From Heterodontus francisci (taxonomy: Eukaryota): a DNA stretch of 64,000 nt. Below, piece by piece: positions 11,201 to 22,600 of this stretch (its first letter is position 1; every line of letters starts with the position of its first letter). The translations under genes and the position numbers were made by a program. The stretch lies in assembly GCF_036365525.1 (NCBI RefSeq), contig NW_027140861.1, positions 186,001 to 250,000 of the forward strand, written 5' to 3'. The notes under the pieces were generated by a model. It searched no databases. It was given only the letters and a program-made list of their open reading frames with translations, and had not been told where the DNA came from.

Positions 11201-14200
11201 CGATGTGATCGGTTAGGGAGGAGGGAGTGGTCTCCCCACAGTTGGAGTGAGGGTCCAATCTGATGGAGGATTGAGGGAGGAGGGAGTGGTCTCCCCACAG
11301 TTGGAGTGAGGGTCCAATGTGATGGGTTAGGGAGGAGGGAGTGGTCTCCCCACAGTTGAGAGTGAGGGTCCAATGTGATGGGTTAGGGAGGAGGGAGTGG
11401 TCTCCCCACAGTTGAGAGTGAGGGTCCAATGTGATGGGTTAGGGAGGAGGGAGTGGGCTCCCTACAGTCGGAGTGAGGGTCCGATGTGATAGGGTAGGGA
11501 GGAGGGTGTGGGCTCCCCACAGTTGCGAGTGAGGGTCCGATGTGATAGGTTAGGGAGGAGGGAGTGGTCTCCCTGCAGTTGGAGTGAGGGTCTGATGTGA
11601 TAGGTTAGGGAGGAGGGAGTGGTCTCCCCACAGTTGAGAGTGAGGGTCCAATGTGATGAGTTAGGGAGGAGGGAGTGGTCTCCCCACAGTTGGAGTGTGT
11701 CCGATGTGATCGGTTAGGGAGGAGGGAGTGGTCTCCCCACAGTTGGAGTGAGGGTCCGATGTGATAGGTTAGGGAGGAGGGAGTGGTCTCCCCACAGTTG
11801 GAGTGAGTGTCCGATGTGATCGGTTAGGGAGGAGGGAGTGGTCTCCCCACAGTTGAGAGTGAGGGTCCGATGTGATAGGTTAGGGAGGAGGGAGTGGTCT
11901 CCCCACAGTTGAGAGTGAGGGTCCAATGTGATGGGTTAGGGAGGAGGGAGTGGGCTCCCCACAGTTGAGAGTGAGGGTCCAATGTGATGGGTTAGGGAGG
12001 AGGGAGTGGTCTCCCCACAGTTGGAGTGAGGGTCCAATGTGATGTTAGGGAGGAAGGAGTGGTCTCCCCACAGTTGGAGTGAGTGTCCGATGTGATCGGT
12101 TAGGGAGGAGGGAGTGGTCTCCCCACAGTTGGAGTGAGGGTCCGATGTGATCGGTTAGGGAGGAGGGAGTGGTGTCCCCACAGTTGGAGTGAGGGTCCAA
12201 TGTGATGGGTTAGGGAGGAGGGAGTGGTCTCCCCACAGTTGGAGCGAGGGTCCGATGTGATCGGTTAGGGAGGAGGGAGTGGTCTCCCCACAGTTGGAGT
12301 GAGGGTCCAATCTGATGGAGGATTGAGGGAGGAGGGAGTGGTCTCCCCACAGTTGGAGTGAGGGTCCAATCTGATGGAGAATTGAGGGAGGAGGGAGTGG
12401 GCTCCCCACAGTTGAGAGTGAGAGTCCAATGTGATGGGTTAGGGAGGAGGGAGTGGGCTCCCCACAGTTGAGAGTGAGGGTCCGATGTGATAGGTTAGGG
12501 AGGAGGGAGTGGTCTCCCCACAGTTGAGAGTGAGGGTCCAATGTGATGGGTTAGGGAGGAGGGAGTGGGCTCCCTACATTTGGAGTGAGGGTCCGATGTG
12601 ATAGGTTAGGGAGGAGGGAGTGGGCTCCCCACAGTTGAGAGTGAGGGTCCGATGTGATAGGTTAGGGAGGAGGGAGTGGTCTCCCCACAGTTGAGAGTGA
12701 GGGTCCAATGTGATGGGTTAGGGAGGAGGGAGTGGTCTCCCCACAGTTGGAGTGAGGGTCCGATGTGATAGGTTAGGGTGGAGGGAGTGGTCTCCCCACA
12801 GTTGGAGTGAGTGTCCGATGTGATCGGTTAGGGAGGAGGGAGTGGTCTCCCCACAGTTGGAGTGAGTGTCCGATGTGATGGGTTAGGGAGGAGAGAGTGG
12901 TCTCCCCACAGTTGGAGTGAGGGTCCGATGTGATGGGTTAGGGAGGAGGGAGTGGGCTCCCCACAGTTGGAGTGAGGGTCCGATGTGATAGGTTAGGGAG
13001 GAGGGAGTGGGCTCCCCACAGTTGGAGTGAGGGTCCGATGTGATCGGTTAGGGAGGAGGGAGTGGTCTCCCCACAGTTCCAGTGAGGGTCCGATGTGATC
13101 GGTTAGGGAGGAGGGAGTTGTCTCCCCACAGTTGGAGTGAGGGTCTGATGTGATCGGTTAGGGAGGAGGGAGTGGTCTCCCCACAGTCGGAGTGAGGGTC
13201 CGATGTGATCGGTTAGGGAGGAGGGAGTGGTGTCCCCACAGTTGGAGTGAGGGTCCAATGTGATGGGTTAGGGAGGAGGGAGTGGTCTCCCCACAGTTGG
13301 AGTGAGGGTCCGATGTGATCGGTTAGGGAGGAGGGAGTGGTCTCCCCACAGTTGGAGTGAGGGTCCAATCTGATGGAGGATTGAGGGAGGAGGGAGTGGT
13401 CTCCCCACAGTTGGAGTGAGGGTCCAATGTGATGGGTTAGGGAGGAGGGAGTGGTCTCCCCACAGTTGAGAGTGAGGGTCCAATGTGATGGGTTAGGGAG
13501 GAGGGAGTGGTCTCCCCACAGTTGAGAGTGAGGGTCCAATGTGATGGGTTAGGGAGGAGGGAGTGGGCTCCCTACAGTCGGAGTGAGGGTCCGATGTGAT
13601 AGGGTAGGGAGGAGGGTGTGGGCTCCCCACAGTTGCGAGTGAGGGTCCGATGTGATAGGTTAGGGAGGAGGGAGTGGTCTCCCTGCAGTTGGAGTGAGGG
13701 TCTGATGTGATAGGTTAGGGAGGAGGGAGTGGTCTCCCCACAGTTGAGAGTGAGGGTCCAATGTGATGAGTTAGGGAGGAGGGAGTGGTCTCCCCACAGT
13801 TGGAGTGTGTCCGATGTGATCGGTTAGGGAGGAGGGAGTGGTCTCCCCACAGTTGGAGTGAGGGTCCGATGTGATAGGTTAGGGAGGAGGGAGTGGTCTC
13901 CCCACAGTTGGAGTGAGTGTCCGATGTGATCGGTTAGGGAGGAGGGAGTGGTCTCCCCACAGTTGAGAGTGAGGGTCCGATGTGATAGGTTAGGGAGGAG
14001 GGAGTGGTCTCCCCACAGTTGAGAGTGAGGGTCCAATGTGATGGGTTAGGGAGGAGGGAGTGGGCTCCCCACAGTTGAGAGTGAGGGTCCAATGTGATGG
14101 GTTAGGGAGGAGGGAGTGGTCTCCCCACAGTTGGAGTGAGGGTCCAATGTGATGTTAGGGAGGAAGGAGTGGTCTCCCCACAGTTGGAGTGAGTGTCCGA

Positions 14201-16040
14201 TGTGATCGGTTAGGGAGGAGGGAGTGGTCTCCCCACAGTTGGAGTGAGGGTCCGATGTGATCGGTTAGGGAGGAGGGAGTGGTGTCCCCACAGTTGGAGT
14301 GAGGGTCCAATGTGATGGGTTAGGGAGGAGGGAGTGGTCTCCCCACAGTTGGAGCGAGGGTCCGATGTGATCGGTTAGGGAGGAGGGAGTGGTCTCCCCA
14401 CAGTTGGAGTGAGGGTCCAATCTGATGGAGGATTGAGGGAGGAGGGAGTGGTCTCCCCACAGTTGGAGTGAGGGTCCAATCTGATGGAGAATTGAGGGAG
14501 GAGGGAGTGGGCTCCCCACAGTTGAGAGTGAGAGTCCAATGTGATGGGTTAGGGAGGAGGGAGTGGGCTCCCCACAGTTGAGAGTGAGGGTCCGATGTGA
14601 TAGGTTAGGGAGGAGGGAGTGGTCTCCCCACAGTTGAGAGTGAGGGTCCAATGTGATGGGTTAGGGAGGAGGGAGTGGGCTCCCTACATTTGGAGTGAGG
14701 GTCCGATGTGATAGGTTAGGGAGGAGGGAGTGGGCTCCCCACAGTTGAGAGTGAGGGTCCGATGTGATAGGTTAGGGAGGAGGGAGTGGTCTCCCCACAG
14801 TTGAGAGTGAGGGTCCAATGTGATGGGTTAGGGAGGAGGGAGTGGTCTCCCCACAGTTGGAGTGAGGGTCCGATGTGATAGGTTAGGGTGGAGGGAGTGG
14901 TCTCCCCACAGTTGGAGTGAGTGTCCGATGTGATCGGTTAGGGAGGAGGGAGTGGTCTCCCCACAGTTGGAGTGAGTGTCCGATGTGATGGGTTAGGGAG
15001 GAGAGAGTGGTCTCCCCACAGTTGGAGTGAGGGTCCGATGTGATGGGTTAGGGAGGAGGGAGTGGGCTCCCCACAGTTGGAGTGAGGGTCCGATGTGATA
15101 GGTTAGGGAGGAGGGAGTGGGCTCCCCACAGTTGGAGTGAGGGTCCAATGTGATCGGTTAGGGAGGAGGGAGTGGTCTCCCCACAGTTCCAGTGAGGGTC
15201 CGATGTGATCGGTTAGGGAGGAGGGAGTTGTCTCCCCACAGTTGGAGTGAGGGTCTGATGTGATCGGTTAGGGAGGAGGGAGTGGTCTCCCCACAGTCGG
15301 AGTGAGGGTCCGATGTGATCGGTTAGGGAGGAGGGAGTGGTCTCCCCACAGTTGAGAGTGTGGGTCCGATATGATCGGTTAGGGAGGAGGGAGTGGTCTT
15401 CCCACAGTCGGAGTGAGGGTCCGATGTGATCGGTTAGGGAGGAGGGAGTGGTCTTTCCACAGTCGGAGTGTGGGTCCGATGTGATCGGTTAGGGAGGAGG
15501 GAGTTGTCTCCCCACAGTTGAGAGTGAGTGTCCAATCTGATGGAGGATTGAGGGAGGAGTGGTGTCCCTACAGCTGGTATAAGGGTCCAATGTGATGGGA
15601 GAGTGAGGTGGGGTGTTCTCCCCACAGTCGGAGTGAGGGTCTGATGTGATAGGGGCGTGAGGAGGGAGTGGTCTTCCCACAGTCGGAGTGAGGGCCTGAT
15701 GTGATAGGGGCGTGAGGAGGGAGTGGTCTTCCCACAGTCGGAGTGAGGGTCTGATGTGATAGGGGCGTGAGGAGGGAGTGGTCTTCCCACAGTCGGAGTG
15801 AGGGTCTGATGTGATAGGGGCGTGAGGAGGGAGTGGTCTTCCCACAGTCGGAGTGAGGGTCTGATGTGATAGGGCCGTGAGGAGGGAGTGGTCTCCCCAC
15901 AGTCGGAGTGAGGGTCCAATGTGATGGGTTAGGGAGGAGGGAGTGGTCTTCCCACAGTCGGAGTGAGGGTCCGATGTGATAGGGGCGTGAGGAGGGAGTG
16001 GTCTTCCCACAGTCGGAGTGAGGGTCTGATGTGATGGGGT
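8284..16040 (+). repeat. 55/56-bp G-rich minisatellite TTAGGGAGGAGGGAGTGGTCTCCCCACAGTTG(A)GAGTGAGGGTCCGATGTGATGGG, ~140 copies
   Basis: Tandem units visible; identical ORFs offset by 2110 bp (11103/13213, 11714/13824, 12155/14265) and 1052 bp (10662/11714). Confidence 0.98.
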
Positions 16041-16635
16041 TGCTCTACCCAGTTGTTCTGGTTGGCCACAGACAGGATTTATTGATAAACACTGGATCAT
16101 TATTGACCATCACACATACCTCACAGTGTCAAACCCAGCCAATGAGGAAAGGGAAACTTGCTTCACTTTCAGGCTTTAACAGGCTGGTTATCCCAGAATA
16201 TGAAGCTCAGTCATGTTACATAGAAATTGTAGACAGTTTATGGTTGTGGGTACAGGAGCCCATCCTGGTGACTATAACAGGAAACTCGGGTAAACTGGGC
16301 TCTGATGTGTTCTCTGTGGTGGGGATGTGTGTTAAATATATAATGGATAACTGCATCTACATGTTGTGTCAGGAAGGAATGTTGAAATGTCAGATGCTTA
16401 CAAGGTTTGTGCTGTTCAGAAACCTGAGGTCTCTCTGTTCCCAATGCACAGAGACAGAGCCCTATAAGAACATTGCAAAATACACCAGCAAGTTTGTTAA
16501 ACACAAACACAACTGCAGAAAGTTAGCAGGAGTGGAATACATAACAGGGTCACCTCACCAAACCCGAAAGGAATTCCCTATACCTGAGGAGAGTGAACCT
16601 CATTATCAAGACCAACCTTGATCTACTTTTTTCAG
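16031..16635 (+). pseudogene. pol: ERV protease plus N-terminus of reverse transcriptase, truncated
   Basis: LLINTGSLLTIT = aspartic protease DTG with D>N; flap-like LSGFN; LGSD motif; RT start FVKHKHNCRKLAGVEYITGSPHQTRKEFPIPEESE, then IIKTNLDLL in a shifted frame. Confidence 0.85.
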
Positions 16636-16680
16636 TCAAACCCACTGCACTGTCAGTGGAAATATTCTTTTTATGTGATG

Positions 16681-19600
16681 TCAGCTGGGCCTCGATGGTA
16701 GCACTCTCACCTCACAATCAGAATTTCCCAATCATTCAGCACAAAATCTAGGCTGATACTTTGGTGCAGTACTGAGGGAGTGCTGCACTGTCGGAGGGTC
16801 AGTACGGAGGGAGTGCTGCACAGTCGGAGGGTCGGTACTGAGAGAGCACAGCACTGTCGGAGGGGCAGTACTGAGGGAGTGCTGCACTGTCGGTGGGACA
16901 GTACTGAGGGAGTGCTGCACTGTCGGAGGGTCGGTACTGAGAGAGCACAGCACTGTCGGAGGGGCAGTACTGAGGGAGGGCTGCACTGTCAGAGGGTAAG
17001 TACTGAGGGAGGGCTGCACTGTCAGAGGGTAAGTACTGAGGGAGTGCTGTGCTGTCAGAGGGTAGGTACTGAGGGGCAGCTGCATTGTCGGTGGGTCAGC
17101 ACTGAGGGAAAGCTGCATTGTCAGAGGGTAAGTACTGAGGGAGGGCTGCACTGTCAGAGGGTAAGTACTGAGGGAGGGCTGCACAGTCGGTTGGTCAGTA
17201 CTGAGGGAAAGCTGCATTGTCAGAGGGTAAGTACTGAGGGAGAGCTGCACTGTCAGAGGGTAAGTACTGAGGGAGGGCTGCACTGTCAGAGGGTAAGTAC
17301 TGAGGGACAGCTGCATTGTCGGTGGGTCGGTACTGAGGGAGAGCTGCACTGTCGGTGGGTCAGTACTGAGGGAGAGCTGCATTGTCGGTGGGTCAGCATT
17401 GAGGGAAAGCTGCATTGTCAGAGGGTAAGTACTGAGGGAGGGCTGCACTGTCAGAGGGTAAGTACTGAGGGAGGGCTGCACTGTCAGAGGGTAAGTACTG
17501 AGGGACAGCTGCATTGTCGGTGGGTCGGTAGGGAGGGAGTGCTGCACTGTCGGTGGGTCAGTACTGAGGGAGTGCTGCATTGTCGGTGGGTCAGTACTGA
17601 GGGAGGTCTGCACTGTCAGAGGGTAAGTACTGAGGGAGTGCTGCACTGTCGGTGGGTCGGTACTGAGGGAGAGCTGCACTGTCGGTGGGTCAGTACTGAG
17701 GGAGGGCTGCACTGTCAGAGGATAAGTACTGAGGGAGTGCTGCACTGTCGGTGGGTCAGTACTGAGGGAGAGCTGCATTGTCAGTGGGTCGGTACTGAGG
17801 GAGTGCTGCATTGTCGGTGGGTCAGTCCTGAGGGAAAGCTGCAGTGTCGTTGGGTCAGTACTGAGGGAGTGCTGCACTGTCGGTGGGTCAGTACTGAGGG
17901 AGAGCTGCACTGTCGGTGGGTCGGTACAGAGGGTGAGCTGCATTGTCAGAGGGTCAATACTGAGGGAGGGCTGCACTGTCAGAGTAAGTACTGAGGGAGG
18001 GCTGCACTGTCAGAGGGTAAGTACTGAGGGAGGGCTGCACTGTCAGAGGGTAAGTACTGAGGGAGTGCTGCACTGTCGGTGGGTCAGTACTGAGGGAAAG
18101 CTGCATTGTCAGAGGGTAAGTACTGAGGGAGGGCTGCACTGTCAGAGGGTAAGTACTGAGGGAGGGCTGCACTGTCAGAGGGTAAGTACTGAGGGACAGC
18201 TGCATTGTCGGTGGGTCGGTACTGAGGGAGAGTTGCACTGTCGGTGGGTCAGTACTGAAGGAGTGCTGCATTGTCGGTGGGTCAGTATTGAGGGAAAGCT
18301 GCATTGTCAGAGGGTAGGTACTGAGGGAGGGCTGCACTGTCAGAGGGTAAGTACTGAGGGACAGCTGCATTGTCGGTGGGTCGGTACTGAGGGAGAGCTG
18401 CACTGTCGGTGGGTCAGTACTGAAGGAGTGCTGCATTGTCAGAGGGTCAGTACTGAGGGAGTGCTGCACTGTCATAGGGTCAATACTGAGGGAGGGCTGC
18501 ACTGTCAGAGGGTAAGTACTGAGGGACAGCTGCATTGTCGGTGGGTCGGTACTGAGGGAGAGCTGCACTGTCGGTGGGTCAGTACTGAGGGAGTGCTGCA
18601 CTGTCGGTGGGTCAGTACTGAGGGAGAGCTGCATTGTCAGAGGGTCAATACTGAGGGAGGGCTGCACTGTCAGAGGGTACGTACTGAGGGACAGCTGCAT
18701 TGTCGGTGGGTCGGTACTGAGGGAGAGCTGCACTGTCGGTGGGTCAGTACTGAGGGAGAGCTGCACGGTCAGTGGGTCGGTACTGAGGGAGTGCTGCATT
18801 GTCAGAGGGTCAGTACTGAGGGAGTGCTGCACTGTCGGTGGGTCAGTACTGAGGGAGTGCTGCACTGTCGGTGGGTCAGTACTGAGGGAGTGCTGCATTG
18901 TCGGTAGGTCGGTACTGAGGGAGAGCTGCACTGTCGGTGGGTCAGTACTGAGGGAGGGCTGCACTGTCAGAGGATAAGTACTGAGGGAGTGCTGCACTGT
19001 TGGTGGGTCAGTACTGAGGGAGAGCTGCATTGTCAGTGGGTCGGTACTGAGGGAGTGCTGCATTGTCGGTGGGTCAGTACTGAGGGAAAGCTGCAGTGTT
19101 GGTGGGTCAGTACTGAGGGAGTGCTGCACTGTCGGTGGGTCAGTACTGAGGGAGAGCTACACTGTCGGTGGGTCAGTACTGAGGGAGAGCTGCACTGTCG
19201 GTGGGTCGGTACAGAGGGTGAGCTGCATTGTCAGAGGGTCAATACTGAGGGCGGGCTGCACTGTCAGAGAGTAAGTACTGAGGGAGAGCTGCATTGTCAG
19301 AGGGTAAGTACTGAGGGAGGGCTGCACTGTCAGAGGGTAAGTACTGAGGGAGGGCTGCACAGTCGGTTGGTCAGTACTGAGGGAAAGCTGCATTGTCAGA
19401 GGGTAAGTACTGAGGGAGGGCTGCACTGTCAGAGGGTAAGTACTGAGGGAGGGCTGCACTGTCAGAGGGTAAGTACTGAGGGACAGCTGCATTGTCGGTG
19501 GGTCGGTACTGAGGGAGAGCTGCACTGTCGGTGGGTCAGTACTGAGGGAGAGCTGCATTGTCGGTGGGTCAGCATTGAGGGAAAGCTGCATTGTCAGAGG

Positions 19601-22600
19601 GTAAGTACTGAGGGAGGGCTGCACTGTCAGAGGGTAAGTACTGAGGGAGGTCTGCACTGTCAGAGGGTAAGTACTGAGGGACAGCTGCATTGTCGGTGGG
19701 TCGGTACTGAGGGAGAGCTGCACTGTCGGTGGGTCAGTACTGAGGGAGAGCTGCACTGTCGGTGGGTCAGTACTGAGGGAGAGCTGCACTGTCGTTGGGT
19801 CGGTACTGAGGGAGTGCTGCATTGTCAGAGGGTCAGTACTGAGGGAGTGCTGCACTGTCAGAGGGTCAGTACTGAGGGAGGGCTGCACTGTCAGAGGGTA
19901 AGTACTGAGGGACAGCTGCATTGTCGGTGGGTCAGTACTGAGGGAGTGCTGCACTGTCGGTGGGTCAGTACTGAGGGAGTGCTGCATTGTCGGTGGGTCA
20001 GTACTGAGGGAGGGCTGCACTGTCAGAGGGTAAGTACTGAGGGAGTGCTGCACTGTCGGTGGGTCGGTACTGAGGGAGAGCTGCACTGTCGGTGGGTCAG
20101 TACTGAGGGAGGGCTGCACTGTCAGAGGATAAGTACTGAGGGAGTGCTGCACTGTCGGTGGGTCAGTACTGAGGGAGAGCTGCATTGTCAGTGGGTCGGT
20201 ACTGAGGGAGTGCTGCATTGTCGGTGGGTCAGTCCTGAGGGAAAGCTGCAGTGTCGTTGGGTCAGTACTGAGGGAGTGCTGCACTGTCGGTAGGTCAGTA
20301 CTGAGGGAGAGCTGCACTGTCGGTGGGTCGGTACAGAGGGTGAGCTGCATTGTCAGAGGGTCAATACTGAGGGAGGGCTGCACTGTCAGAGAGTAAGTAC
20401 TGAGGGAGGGCTGCACTGTCAGAGGGTAAGTACTGAGGGAGGGCTGCACTGTCAGAGGGTAAGTACTGAGGGAGTGCTGCACTGTCGGTGGGTCAGTACT
20501 GAGGGAAAGCTGCATTGTCAGAGGGTAAGTACTGAGGGAGGGCTGCACTGTCAGAGGGTAAGTACTGAGGGAGGGCTGCACTGTCAGAGGGTAAGTACTG
20601 GGGGACAGCTGCATTGTCGGTGGGTCGGTACTGAGGGAGAGCTGCACTGTCGGTGGGTCAGTACTGAAGGAGTGCTGCATTGTCGGTGGGTCAGTATTGA
20701 GGGAAAGCTGCATTGTCAGAGGGTAAGTACTGAGGGAGGGCTGCACTGTCAGAGGGTAAGTACTGAGGGACAGCTGCATTGTCGGTGGGTCGGTACTGAG
20801 GGAGAGCTGCACTGTCGGTGGGTCAGTACTGAAGGAGTGCTGCATTGTCAGAGGGTCAGTACTGAGGGAGTGCTGCACTGTCATAGGGTCAATACTGAGG
20901 GAGGGCTGCACTGTCAGAGGGTAAGTACTGAGGGACAGCTGCATTGTCGGTGGGTCGGTACTGAGGGAGAGCTGCACTGTCGGTGGGTCAGTACTGAGGC
21001 AGTGCTGCACTGTCGGTGGGTCAGTACTGAGGGAGAGCTGCATTGTCAGAGGGTCAATACTGAGGGAGGGCTGCACTGTCAGAGGGTACGTACTGAGGGA
21101 CAGCTGCATTGTCGGTGGGTCGGTACTGAGGGAGAGCTGCACTGTCGGTGGGTCAGTACTGAGGGAGAGCTGCACGGTCAGTGGGTCGGTACTGAGGGAG
21201 TGCTGCATTGTCAGAGGGTCAGTACTGAGGGAGTGCTGCACTGTCGGTGGGTCAGTACTGAGGGAGTGCTGCACTGTCGGTGGGTCAGTACTGAGGGAGT
21301 GCTGCATTGTCGGTAGGTCGGTACTGAGGGAGAGCTGCACTGTCGGTGGGTCAGTACTGAGGGAGGGCTGCACTGTCAGAGGATAAGTACTGAGGGAGTG
21401 CTGCACTGTTGGTGGGTCAGTACTGAGGGAGAGCTGCATTGTCAGTGGGTCGGTACTGAGGGAGTGCTGCATTGTCGGTGGGTCAGTACTGAGGGAAAGC
21501 TGCAGTGTTGGTGGGTCAGTACTGAGGGAGTGCTGCACTGTCGGTGGGTCAGTACTGAGGGAGAGCTGCACTGTCGGTGGGTCAGTACTGAGGGAGAGCT
21601 TCACTGTCGGTGGGTCGGTACAGAGGGTGAGCTGCATTGTCAGAGGGTCAATACTGAGGGAGGGCTGCACTGTCAGAGAGTAAGTACTGAGGGACAGCTG
21701 CATTGTCAGAGGGTAAGTACTGAGGGAGGGCTGCACTGTCAGAGGGTAAGTACTGAGGGAGGGCTGCACAGTCGGTTGGTCAGTACTGAGGGAAAGCTGC
21801 ATTGTCAGAGGGTAAGTACTGAGGGAGGGCTGCACTGTCAGAGGGTAAGTACTGAGGGAGGGCTGCACTGTCAGAGGGTAAGTACTGAGGGACAGCTGCA
21901 TTGTCGGTGGGTCGGTACTGAGGGAGAGCTGCACTGTCGGTGGGTCAGTACTGAGGGAGAGCTGCATTGTCGGTGGGTCAGCATTGAGGGAAAGCTGCAT
22001 TGTCAGAGGGTAAGTACTGAGGGAGGGCTGCACTGTCAGAGGGTAAGTACTGAGGGAGGGCTGCACTGTCAGAGGGTAAGTACTGAGGGACAGCTGCATT
22101 GTCGGTGGGTCGGTACTGAGGGAGAGCTGCATTGTCAGTGGGTCGGTACTGAGGGAGTGCTGCATTGTCGGTGGGTCAGTCCTGAGGGAGAGCTGCAGTG
22201 TCGTTGGGTCAGTACTGAGGGAGTGCTGCACTGTCGGTAGGTCAGTACTGAGGGAGAGCTGCACTGTCGGTGGGTCGGTACAGAGGGTGAGCTGCATTGT
22301 CAGAGGGTCAATACTGAGGGAGGGCTGCACTGTCAGAGAGTAAGTACTGAGGGAGGGCTGCACTGTCAGAGGGTAAGTACTGAGGGAGGGCTGCACTGTC
22401 AGAGGGTAAGTACTGAGGGAGTGCTGCACTGTCGGTGGGTCAGTACTGAGGGAAAGCTGCATTGTCAGAGGGTAAGTACTGAGGGAGGGCTGCACTGTCA
22501 GAGGGTAAGTACTGAGGGAGGGCTGCATTGTCAGAGGGTAAGTACTGGGGGACAGCTGCATTGTCGGTGGGTCGGTACTGAGGGAGAGCTGCACTGTCGG

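Noticed and set aside
8330-16040. Interstitial telomere
   Set aside because: TTAGGG occurs once per 55 bp and never in tandem
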